Origin: Vicugna vicugna
Lineage: Eukaryota
Reading direction: 5' to 3'
Assembly: GCA_013265495.1 (NCBI GenBank)
Contig: MU057781.1
Span: forward strand, 1,240,001-1,304,000
Length of the DNA: 64,000 bases
Shown here: piece by piece, positions 36,301-48,099 of the stretch
Position numbering within the stretch: position 1 is the stretch's first letter
How the letters are laid out: every line of letters begins with the position of its first letter
The notes under the pieces: model-generated
What the model was told of the DNA's origin: nothing
Seen by the model: only the letters and a program-made list of their open reading frames with translations
Database searches by the model: none
Program-made: the position numbers and the translations under genes

Positions 36301-39300
36301 AAAGGCCACGTCCACAGCGCCGCTCCCCAAGCCTGTGACGGTTCCTTTGGAAAAGGGTCTTTAACAGGTGTATGTTAGTCAAAGGTCTTGAGACAAGACC
36401 GTTAGAGCAGGCAGACACCTAGACCTGAGCCGAGAAAGGGGACGCAGCCCAAACGGCAGGAGACCCGAGCCGGCCCCAAACTGAAGGCCTGCAGCCTGGA
36501 CAGGGCTGGGCCTGCAAGCGGCTCCTTTGTGGGGACCTGCTCCCCTGGCCTCCCTGACTTCATTTGCAGAGACCACGAGCCCCTGGTCTGTAGACTGTCT
36601 GGGAGGGGCCGAGCAGGGCACCGGGTGGATGTGTCACTGTCAGGGTCCAGGCCGGGCTCTGGTGCAGGGGGGGCAACAGGAAGGCGGCCCCTCCCCGCTC
36701 CCCCAGGTACAGGGCCCAGGTACACGTGGGGCTGCCCCTGTCCGCCAGGCCAACCCTGCGTCCCCATGTGCTGTCGGACTCTGCTCGTCCAGTTGACTGG
36801 CACCTGAATCAGGATCTGGGCTTCCGTCTGGCCGCTCAGTCCTGGAGCCCAGCAAAGTCTCTGTCCCTGAGACAGGACTGGGGGACATCAGATCCTGGTC
36901 TGGAGGGAGGGTCGGAGCCTGAGGGCCCCAATTTGTCCATCCAAACACGGGTTTTTACCCCAAATAATGGCCCTGATCCTTGATTTGTCGTGTCATTAGG
37001 AATTCTGTGTGCACAACTCAGGTCTTGAATAATGAATCAAACGTCCTGGTGTGATTGATTTTTTAAATGGGCCATTTGCATATCGTGATTAATCAGCTGC
37101 CCCTCAGGGCTGGAGCTGGAGGAGGGCCAGGGTGAGGGCTGCGTCCTCTCCCACCCCAGGGGCTCGGGAGGCAAACGCATCCCCCGCCTCACCCCTGCCA
37201 GGGCAGCCGCTGGGCTGAGACATGAGGGACAGAGTGGACGGACGTGGACGGCGAGGCTTCCGGATGCCAAGGGCCAGAAGTGCCCAATTCCTCTGTATGT
37301 CCCTGCCGAGGGGGTAGGCCGGGGCGGATGCAGGTCATCCCCGCATTTGTGGTGAGTGACTGGGCGTCCCTGCTGAGTCCAGTGAGCAATGTTAGTGGAC
37401 GAAGCCACTGACCCTCAGCAGCCATCTCTCCAGCCCCAGCATATCCACACCGCTTGGAAGAAAGCCACCGTGATGACCCCAGCAGGTCACGGGAAGCCCA
37501 CTGCCGGCCCTGGACCCGGGCAGACGGAAGAGGTTTCAGGATCCGGCTGCTCTTCCTGTCCCCAGGCCGGCACTGGCCTCCAGACTCTCGGCCTGCCGCC
37601 GCCTGGGCATCTCCTGAGAAGGACTCGGGACCCAGAGACTGAGGCGGCTCCAGCCAGGTGGCAGCTGGCCTTGGCAGTCAGCCCTCCCTGACCTGCGGAT
37701 CACATCCACCTTCAAGTGGCTGACACTGGACAGCTGTCCCTGAGGGACATGGGACCGAGGGAGCCAAGCATCTGCCCAGCCAGACATGATAGGTGACTTG
37801 GAAGGCACTGGCCACGGATGGAACGAGTGTCAGGGAAGGTGCGAGGGGCCCGGGTGGGCAAGACCCCTCAGGCATGGGTTGGGGGGGCGTTTGAAGCACA
37901 TCCACCTGGAGGGGCCTCCTTCAACTCCTCCTCCCCGGGTGGGCTTGCGCCATGGTCCTGGGACGCGTCCATTGGGTGGAACAGGAGCCACAGTGTCCCC
38001 AGGTGGGCTGGGAGCCGGGCAGAACCTGTGTCTTTGGGCAGAATTCCACGGGGGCGCTCGGCAGGATCCAAGTCGACTGACGTCAGGGACATAGGGGTCT
38101 GTGAAGACGGGTCTGTGGCAGCGGTCTGGGTCACGGGGGTCCGTGTGGGTGAGCAGACGCTGCCTCTTTCCCTGCAGAGAACTCTGAGGCCTCACGCCTG
38201 GGCCCTGCACCCAGAAACCAGCTGTGCCTGGGGAGACGGGAGCCCACGGCATCCAGCGGCCTTGCGTGGACAGCGATGCCGGCCCCTGCTCTCACAGGCC
38301 TCCCACTGCCCTGCAGCCTTGGTTGTGGAGCCGACCGGGTTCCAAGGGTGGTGCGCACATCTTCCAGGAGGCCCACACACCTGGGGCGGCCAGCTCCACT
38401 GAGACCGCTTGTGCATTTCAGATGCCACATGGAGCTGGGGGCCGTGGGGGCCTCTCTGCCTCAGTAAGTTCGCTGGGCTACTCAGCTCTGCAGGGTCTCG
38501 GTGTGCACTGGGCGGCCGCCAGGCCTGCGGTGGCCGTGTGTGCAGACATGGCCCGGGCTGAGGTCTCGGACGAGGGGCCTTTCCTGGCGTGGGCTTGGGC
38601 GTCAGGTGCTTGGAGAGAAGACGGGAGGAATCCTCGAGGAGTCTGAGAGCCCTGCACCCAAGGCTACCAAACAGAACGTGTTAGCACATCTTCAAAACGT
38701 GTATCAGAGCAAAACACTGAAGACCACCTGGAGGCACAACTTCCCCTTCCACTGAGCGCGTCATTACTTCTCAGCTTTGGGGCAGACGCTGGTCGCACCT
38801 GAAGGGGCTGAGTGAACGGACGTTGGCGGCAGATCTCCGGGCTCTGCACATCGTGGGGCGGTGCAGGGGCTCAAGCTTGACACTGAGAAAGGGTCCACTC
38901 TCTTCTGCTGCTTTCCAAACCCTAAGTGAGGCTCTCAGGGCCCCTCTGCTGCACCCTCCCCACCCCGTGCTTCACCAGGAGCCCTTGGGGATGAAGGGAC
39001 ATCTCCCGCCCAGGCTCCGGGGGAACCACGGTGCTCGCAGGTCAGCGGGGAGGCCGGCCTGGACGCCGCTCCCCTGCACCCCGGGGTGTGTCTGAGGGGC
39101 TCAGGCTCTGTGTTGGCTCACGGGCGGCAGCCAGTGTTGGCAGTGCAGGGGCTCTGGGTCGGGGTCAGGTGCCCCTTGGAGAGGCCTCGGGACTGTCGGC
39201 CCCGCGGGTGAAGCCTCCTCTCTGTCTCCCCTCCTTCCTTCACAAATATTTGCTGAGCTTCTCCGGGTGCTGCTGGGGGCCCTGCCCTCAGGGTCTCTGG

Positions 39301-42114
39301 CTGGGAGTGGACAGAGGAGACAGAACACGTGTGGCTAAGGGGAGGGTGGGCAGGGGCTGGGTTTGGGCTGGAGAACCAGAGGGGGCTGAGGGCCAGGGGT
39401 GACTGAGGTGGGATATTTCAGGAGAGTTTAGAGTGCCCCCAGGTCCATTCCCCAGGCCCCCTTCCCACCAGCCTCCCTCCCTCACTGGGTCTGGGGTTGC
39501 AGAGCCACGCCCACCCTCCTGTTGCTGTATGTCCGTCCACTGCAGCATGTGACGGCCCCCGCTCAGCCCTCCCACAGCCTCTGTGACTCAGGGCTCAATC
39601 TGTCAGCTGTGTGGTGTCCAGCAGAGCAGGGTGTGACCTAGACAGGGTCACCCTGACCCCGAGAGGAGCTGGGCAAACTCAGAGGTATCCACTGCAGCCT
39701 CCCATGGGCTCAGCCCTTCACCCCCAGTGATAACCAGATCGTGGCCCCAGCGTGACCCCAGCCCATCGCCATCCAGGACAGAGTTCCAGTGGGTCTCTTC
39801 TCTCTGGTGGCCCGGCTGTCTCTCCCTGGGCCCCCCAGCCCAGAGCCGGTGGGTGGGCTGGATGCCAAACTGACCAAAGGATCTTGCCTTCCGGGGAGAC
39901 AGCCGTCACTGTCCATCCGCACGTCCATCCGCGCGTCCACACATGTCCGGCAGGCGGCTCGGCACAGACGCTCTGACTGCAGACTGTAAGTGGACGAGTT
40001 CTTCCCCGGTGACTCTGTGGCCTTCGTAAGGAGAAGAAGATGTGTTCTTGCCTTGGGAGATTCTGAACAGAACGACAGGATCTCACCTCCCGGTCCGGCG
40101 CCCCAGGCTGAGTGCCTGGGAGGTCTGGGGCCGGATGGCTGGCCCGCGGCTCTGGTGGACGCGGCGTCCGGGCCAGTCCAGCCTCCGTCAGCGCAGCCCC
40201 AGCGCGAGGCCCTGCCGCTTCCTTCCACCGGGCAGACGTGTGCTCACCAGCTGCCCCGAGGTCAGGGCCGGCCTGAGCAAGCTGCGCAAGGGGAGGTCTA
40301 ACCCCCCAGCCCCTCCCCCGCGCTCCGCACGCGCAGCGCCTCTGCCCCTCCCCTCGGAGGGCTGCCTGGAGGGCTGGGCTGCTCTGGGGGGCGCAGGCCC
40401 CTGGGCCAGGCTGGGGGAAGGCCGGGGGAGCCCAGCCGAACACCGGGGTGAGGCCACGCCACTTCCCTTGTCCTGGGTCCACAGACGCACCTGCTGCCAG
40501 AACCAGGCTCCCTTCAGGGACCCGTCCTCTGTCCTCCTGACCCAGAGGCCGAGCATGTGGCTCCAACCACAGGGACCAGACTGTCCCCGAGGCCTGGCCT
40601 GCTCACTTCCTGTCTGCTCTCATCCACCTGTGCGTCCCTCAGTTTGTGAAACCATCACAGTGACTGGCACGCGACCCTGGAGCCAGGCAGGACTCAAACT
40701 CCCTCTCCACGGGCTCGCTGCGTTGTCTGGCGGTGAGCCTGTGAACTGTAGACCTCAAGTGTGAAAAAACCAACTCAGCCGGACGTGGGGGGGCACCCAG
40801 ACGCCGTCCTGGCCTTGCTGACCCGAGGATGGAGTCCACGTGTCCCTAGTGGACCGCAGCTCAGGGTCCAGCGTCCTGTGGTCTCGCTCTCCCCGGGTGT
40901 CAACACTGCCGCCCCGCCATGTCCCCCGCAGCTCCCTCCGCAGGGCCTCAGCCAAGGCTGCAGAGAAACTGCGACTCCAGTGCCCTCGTGCTCTGAGCCA
41001 TTAGCGGTGTTCCTGCCACGCTGAGCGGGTCCAACAGCAGGTACCCAGGAGACGTCACCCCTTTTATAGCCCTGGGTGGGGGGTCACTATCCCCTGAGCA
41101 GGAGCAATTTTCTCTCCTCCATCGAGCAAAAGAAGGTCAACAGATTTTCCCAAACCAGGGGCCTCACCAGGCTCAAGACAACACAACTGGAGGATGTGGT
41201 CCCTTGGGACCCACCGCTGTCTCCCTGCACCTGGTAACAGCCCAGAGGTCCAGGCAGGTGCCCGAAGGTCAGAGGGTGCCTGGCGGGCAGGGAGGCTGGT
41301 CAGGTGCACCTACCCCATCACCTGCCACGTCTCCTGCCACCCCGTCCACCACGTCCGGTACTCGCACCGATCCTCGTGCCCCGACAGCACCAGGACCCGC
41401 TGGCTGGCACACCTGGCCCCACGTTGTGCCCTCTGCCCGGTGGTCCTGGACCCGCTCCCTCACCCGATTCTAACGGCGCCTCTTGCCTGGCGGGGAGTTG
41501 GCTTCAGAACTGTCGTGAGCAGTTAATTGAATCTGCTCGGAAACCGCAGTTAAACGCATGGTGATTAAACCTGTGCTGGTGCAGACAAGGCTGTGGAGGC
41601 CCCGGCTGCCCTGGGTGCCGGGTGCCCCCGCCCCCGCCAGCTGGGCGCCCTGCCCGCTTCACAGAGGCGTTCACGTCACAGCGACACATTTAGCCTTTTT
41701 TTTTTTTGATGAGAAGAGACTCTTCAAATGAAACGGTTTTAGCAAATTGAGTCCAAATCAAGGAAGAAAACTTGAAATTAATTTTTTTAAGTCTTCTGCG
41801 TCTTACAGTTGGATGCCCAGGCTAATGGGATTTGCAGTGCCGTGGTCAGGATCCTGCTCTGCGCTCCCTGGGAGCTGGCGTGGCGGGTGGGGTGGGGCCC
41901 AGCCCACCTCCACGGCACCTCGGGGACAGAGTGGGGCTGGTTGGACGAGGGGTGGCAGTTCAGCAGCAGTCCCAGGATCTTATGGGCAAGAGCACAGACG
42001 TGGTTTTCTCCTTTGGAGGTGGATCCAGGAGGATCTGATGGGGCCCTCAGAGCAGGTGGCCAGTTCTAGGGGAGCAGCAGGTCACCCCTCAGAGGTCTCC
42101 CTTCAGGTATCTAC

Positions 42115-42200
42115 CCCCAGGTGTCCCCCAGGGTCCCCTGGATGTCCCTCCCAGGTGTCCCCAGGTGCCTCCCAGGGCCCCCCCCCAGGTGTCCCCCATC
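42115..42200. repeat. Degenerate short tandem repeat (cccaggtgtcc-like)
   Basis: Several imperfect copies of ccccaggtgtcc / cccagggtcc. Confidence 0.6.
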
Positions 42201-43470
42201 AGGAACACAAGTCTCTATCTGTTTCCCGTTTGATCTGGTTCTTCCCACGGTTCCATCTGGCCTTGCGCCTTCAGGGTCTCAGAAACCACCTTCCTGTGGT
42301 CTGTGAGTGCTGAAGACAGATGCCCTCTGGCCAGCCTCCGCCCGGGCTCCTGCAGGGGCCACACACGTGGACACTCTGCTCCTGAGAGGTCCCCCCTACC
42401 TGCTCACTGTCAGGGCTGGGGTTTTGCCCGACCAACCCCGGGCAGCAGGCGCTGGACGTCCAGGGCCGGCAGGGAGGATGGGTGACACCTGCAGCCACTT
42501 CTGTGCGAGGCTTTCGTTTAGTCACACCCTTCGATGCGCAGCCATGTGTCCGAAGCACCTTCCTCTCTGCAGGACCCAGTGGCCAGTTTTGGTTCCGCCG
42601 GCACCTCCACAACCTTCAGGTGAGGCTGTGACCACCGCCCTTCAGTTGCACGACCTACGTTTTCTCAGTGGTCTGTGGCGCTTTGTGGGTTGAACCTGAC
42701 AGGCGTCTCTGTGCGACTTGTGCAGGCACCCGTCCCTCGGATACGTCTTCACCTAGTGCCTGTCTGCGTGTGAGGAGCACCTTGGAGGTATGGTGACAAC
42801 AATACTGATGTTTATGGACAAAGCTGTCTGTCCAAGCCGTGCAGGGTCGGCCTCTGACGGTCATCGAGCTCCGGCGACTGAGGTGTCGCACAGCCCCGCC
42901 CCATCCCTCCTCGTCCCCACGTGGCTCCACTGGACCCGCAAGGCTGCCCACAAGCTGCTGGTCTGTCCAGATCTTTCCAATTTCAAGTGGACATCTGGAG
43001 GCCACCGAGTGAAGCCAGACAGAAGAGAGAGGGTGCCTCTCGTGTCGGAGTTGGTGCCTCTTACCAGCTTCTGTGCGTGGACCCAACGCCCACGAGCCCA
43101 GGTCTGCCCCAGCCGTTTCTAAGCAGAGACAGCGCCACATCGGCTCAGGCTCCTGCAGTTCAGGGCTCAGGGCCCAGGCCGCCTCCCAGCGCAGACACAT
43201 CAGGTGCTCTTGCACCCGCTCAGGGGCCAGCCCTGCAGCCCTCAGCGCATCTCACCGCCCGAGTCCCCACGTCCCGCATCCCTGTGCCCTGTGCTGGCAC
43301 AGCGGGGGCTGGGCAGGAGGGCCTTCACCCTGCCCTGGGCCTTGACTTGCTTCCTGACCTGCCCCAGGGCAGGCTTGGTCTCGAGTCTGTGTTGGGCGGC
43401 AGCACCTGCAGGCATGTCCCCTGTGGGCCCGCACCTAGCCCTGCGTTTTGTGGAGTGAGGCTGGCTTGAA

Positions 43471-43484
43471 CAACCAGATGGCAC
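43471..43484 (+). promoter_or_regulatory. CTCF-like motif CAACCAGATGGCAC
   Basis: One mismatch to the CCASYAGRKGGCRS core. Motif match only. Confidence 0.3.
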
Positions 43485-46400
43485 TTCTCCTGGGACAGCC
43501 TCCTCACCCAAGAAGCAGGCAAGGCTCGCAGGCAGCACAGAGCTGGGGGTTGGCCGGACTCTGCTTCCAGGGCCCGAGAGGCGCCGGCCCCACGTCATGT
43601 CATTAAGCCAAGAAGTTAGAGAAAGACAGGGGCACCCAGAGGGGTCTTCCCGTGGCTGGGTGGGCTCAGCTCTGCTGGGCCTGCTGTGGCCGAGGTCCTG
43701 CCCCCTACCCAGGCCCCTTCCAGGAGAGGCTGCCTGTTCTGAGCCAGGGGTGGAGGTCTCGGATCTCTCCGGCCTCAGGAGGCACCTGGGAACAGGGCTG
43801 GGGGGTCTCAGGAGCCCACTGCCTGCGCTGGACTCCTTGGTGAGTCTGGAACCAGGCCCGAGGGCCTCACGGCCTCTTGTGGTGAGGGTCGCGGGTGAGT
43901 AGGTGAGATGAGGGCCCAGAGACTGCGTCTGCTCCATGCGGGTCCTCACACCCACATGAAGGGAGCATCTGAGAACCTGCCCCAGTGCCCCCAAGGCCAG
44001 GGAGGACGCGAGCCTGCAGAGGCTGCACTGAAAGCTGAGGGGTCCCTGCCCAGGAGGGTGCTGCCTGACCCAGGGACACGGGGCGACACAGCCGTGCGCA
44101 TCCAGCCGGGACCACCGAGACTGTGTGCCTCCATGATGTTCCCAGGAGGGGCCCCAGGAACCCCCAGTGTGGCACCAGGTCACAGGGACACTGTCCCCCA
44201 ACATGGGCAGGACAGGGCCGGAGGGCGGGGACCACAGAGGAGGCAGCGGCCATGTGGGAGCGTACCACCAACGCGAGGTTGACGTGTGGCCGTGGGCGTG
44301 GCCTGTGTGCCGGCCCGGGAGGCACAGCCGGGTGCCAGCAGCTGGGAAGAGCAGCAAGTGTCTGCTCACCACAGAACTGGCTCGAATGGTGGCCTGGCCA
44401 CACAGGTGCAGGAGGGCGCTCCAACCACAGGGTGAGAGGGGCTGTGGTTTCCACGGCCAGCCACGAGAGGGGCCGTGGCCCTCCTAACCTTCGTGGGGCC
44501 TCAGGGAGGGCACAGGCCAAGTCAGGCACTCTTTGAAGAGTAAGGAGTCCGGAGCTCCCATGAGCAGAACAGACAGCAATCCCCCTGGCTGGGGCTCGGA
44601 CCTGTGGGCTGACTGGCCAGCTCTGTCCCCACCTCGCCCCTGCGTCTGAGGGCAGAGGCCAGTCAGACCGCACGCAGGTCATTAGACAGGCCGGGGCTCA
44701 GCAGAACCGGCCCGAGCACTGCCTCGTAGCCCTGGTGACCTGTCCAGGAGCCAGGGGGCTTGAGGGCATAGGCCCAGGGGCCCAAGGTCATAGGAACCGT
44801 TGACACCAGAGAGCAGCCACCTGCTGTACACATGGGGGTAGTGTGAGCTGCTTGTCCACGCCACAGGGGTCTGAGTGACAGCGAGGGCAGCAGGGGGTGA
44901 CGGCGGGGCTGCGGCAATGTATGCGCACAAGGCCAGCCTGAGTCTCAGGACGTCCTCAAAAAGCCTTTCAGCTGAGAGAGCTCATTTGGAGAGAGTGTAA
45001 TAAATGATACCGACCTTGACAAAAACCTTGTCTGAAATAATTTCCCTCCCCGCACACATCACTTGGAGACTCTGAGACCCTGGAGGAAGGGGAGGGCACT
45101 TCAGGCTGAAACTCTCTGAAGGGCAGCCTTCTGCCCGCACGGCTGCTTGGCCCGGCCAACCTGGAGTTCGTTGGCCAGCGGCTGCGGGTCCCCAGTGTCC
45201 GCGTGGAGCTGCTGAGGTTGGGCACGCAGGTGTGGATCCACAGGGCGGGGGCGCGGGGGGCCCGTCAAGGCCATCAGACACAGGGGGAGGTCAGGGAGAG
45301 GGATCCGCAGTGGTGGCCACTCTGCAGTGGTCTGTGCCCAGCAGGCCTGGTGCCCGGCAGCGGCTGGTGGGGCGGAGAGGAGGGTGGGGCAGGGACCCCA
45401 CAGGGAAAGACAGCCCCCAGGAGCCAACGAGGAGCCGACCGTGAGGGATGAGCTACGGTCAACTTGTGTCTCAGAGCAAGACTGCAGTCTGGCCCGCCCC
45501 CCGCTGAGCAGAGGCCACACCCGTCCCTGCAGCTCCGGGTGGGGGAGAAGGGGCTGTCACTCCAGACAAAAGGTGTCCTTATTCCTCATCAAGGTCCCAA
45601 GTGCCTGGTGTGAGCCTCGCCTCACAGAGGGAAATCCGGGCGGGTGCAGAGCCTGACTTGGTCCACGTCACCTGCACGGCCACAGACAAGGAGAAGCCAC
45701 CTGGGCAGAGTCCTCTGCTCACCCGGATCACACGTTTCCCTCGAGAGGGCCTGGCCTGGTCCCCAAGGGCGTCCCAGGGACAAAGCACAGGGGAGAAAGG
45801 GCGGAGACGCCCAGGACAGCGAGACTCCATGGCGGGCGCCATGCTCTCCCTTGGCTGGGTCTGTGGCTGATCAGGCCGGGCCCCGCTGACTTCCTGATGC
45901 TTTCGGGGATGGAGCTTTTCTGGCTCAGAGAGAAGCACGGCCTCCCGCCTCTTCGGGCTGAAGAAGGGCGCAACCTGCCTGGTGCGCGCCCGGGCCTCTG
46001 CGCCCTCAGAGGCACGCCTGTGGCCCCCGCCTGGCCCCCCGACAGGCGCACCTGGGCCTCCGAGGGCACTGTCTCAACGCAGGGGGCAGGGAGCGTGGCA
46101 GCCGCGCTAACTCAGCGCCCAGAGCCCCGCACGAGGGGCTTTCGCTCTCCCTGAGCTGACAAGGTGCCCACCCTGCGTCTGAGCCGGGGCGGGAGTCAGA
46201 GCAGAGGCGGAGCAGCCTCCTCACCAGCCGGCTTCCCACGAGAGAGAAGCGGCTCTCTGCCAGTCAATACGTCTTCAGGAGAAATTCAAGTTAACAACTG
46301 TTTGCTTTTTATCTCTGACCGTCAGGTGGCAGGGTTCCCAGCGCAAGTGGGTCAACCGGAAAAGTGAGGGTCTAAGACGTCGCCCAAGGTGCTTCCCTGG

Positions 46401-46864
46401 CGCTGGCGGCGCCACCTCGTCCTCTCAGGGAGGCTGGACCTGGTGGGACACCGCCCAGTCTGGTGTCCCAAGGCCCCTCGGCCCGCACGGCGTCGGGGGT
46501 GGAAGGCAAGGCAGCCACAGGCTGAGGCCTAGCAGGTGGGGCTTCAGCCTGACGTGCCCCTTCACCCGCCGCCGCCCCCACGGCCCAGCGCTCGCCTGCA
46601 CACTGTCCACGCTCACAGGCCCGCCTGTCTGCTTCGGGACGGGTCCCAGACCGCCCACTATGCAAGACCCCGTCCCGAGCGCCTGGCTGTGAAGCTTAAA
46701 GCTGTGGGCAGGTGGGATGAGCACTGGGCAGCCCAGAGGCTTCCAGAGAGGAGCCCCCTCCCCTCACTGCCAGACAGGACTCTCCACAAAGTCCCTGAGA
46801 AGCCGCGTGTCGGGCTGGCCGGTTGGGCAAGACCACGTGCGGGTCCCCTCCCCTCCCCCAGCTT

Positions 46865-47385
46865 CTCCTTATCTCACCTTCCTCTGCTTGAATTTACTGC
46901 ATTCCCAGCTTCTTTGGCTGGAAGGTAAGATCACTGGCTTCTACCTCGCTTCATTTCTAATTCGCGCGCTTAGAGCAACACTTTTCCGTCTGAGAACTTC
47001 CGCTGCGTTCTCCAAGTGTGGGGGTGCGTTGTTCTCATTGTTGTTTAATTCAAAATGCCTTCTAAGTTTCGTTTTCCCTTCTCTGACCCATGCGCTATCT
47101 CAAAGCGTGCGGCTCCGTTCCAGGCGCTGGGTGATTTTCTGGTTGCCTTTCCCCGTGTTTCTGCTTGAGCTCTGCTGTCCTCAGACTCCACATCCCGCGT
47201 GGCTCAGACCTCTGGGCTTGTGGGGACTCGCCGGTGCTGCGGCTCTCTGTGTGGGTGGCTGTGTCCTCGGAACAGCTGTACCTTCTGCCGAGGTCAGTGG
47301 TCAGTCAACGTCAATTCGGTCAAGTTGGTTAATCGTGGTGTTCAAAGCGCTAGATTTCTACTGATTTTCGGTGTTTGTCCCATCA
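46865..47385 (-). mobile_element. Old L1M fragment from the 5' part of ORF2
   Basis: tttaattcaaaatgccttctaagtttc...tgacccatgcg and gtcaattcggtcaagttggttaatcgtggtgttcaaag...ctactgattttc match the reverse strand of L1M ORF2. Confidence 0.8.
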
Positions 47386-47545
47386 TGCACCAGCCCCATT
47401 CCCTTTCCAAGCCCCGATCCCGCCACGCCCGCGCTCCCGTTCGTCAGCCTCAGTGCCGTCCCCGTGGGCTCACAGCTCGCTGTGCTCGCACACTCAGGTG
47501 CAGCTGTCTGTGTGCTCTGGGGCCACAGGGGAGCAGGGCCCTAAA

Positions 47546-47785
47546 GGGTGGGTGGTGGGTGGGTGAATCGTGGGTGGATGGACGGTTGCACAGATGGATG
47601 GGCAGGTGGTTGCATAGTCGGACAGGTGGATGGGTGGATGAGTGAACAGGGGGATGGATGGGTAGGTGGGTGGGTCAGTGGAGAGATGGAGGGCCAGGTG
47701 GAGGGGCAGGCGGCTGGATGGATGGCAGGACTGGACAAGAGAGAGGAAGAATGAAGAGACAGATGGCTGGAGAGTGGACAAGGAG
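47546..47785. repeat. Degenerate (TGGA/TGGG)n tract
   Basis: gggtgggtggtgggtgggtgaatcgtgggtggatggacgg...ggatggatgggtaggtgggtggg. Confidence 0.85.
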
Positions 47786-47965
47786 GCAGGTGGCCAGGAA
47801 TCAAGGGTGATTTCACCTTTCAAAAAGAGGAAGTTTTTCTACAGCATTTTAGCACGAACCACGTCTCTCCTCCAGGAACTTGTTCCAGCTTCGTGAATAC
47901 TGACCGCCCGGGAGGGTGTTTGCTGATCTGCTTCACAGGGAAATTGTCCTTTAAGCATTCCAGGT

Positions 47966-48099
47966 GGGGAGGGTGTAGCTCACTGGTAGAGCGCACGCTT
48001 AGCAGGCACAAGGTCCTGGGTTCAATCCCAATACCTCCATTAAAAAAAATAAAACGAATAGAAACCTAATTACTCTCCCCCAAAATTAAATTAAAAAAG
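47966..48099 (+). mobile_element. tRNA-Ala-derived SINE (camelid Vic-1 type)
   Basis: ggggagggtgtagctcactggtagagcgcacgcttagcaggcacaaggtcctgggttcaatcccaatacctcc, followed by A-rich aaacctaattactctccccc. Same body as the copy at 3062. Confidence 0.85.

Noticed and set aside
47966-48037. tRNA-Ala-like sequence (also at 3062-3135)
   Set aside because: Followed by the SINE body and A-rich tail, with mismatched stems. These are SINE heads, not tRNA genes.
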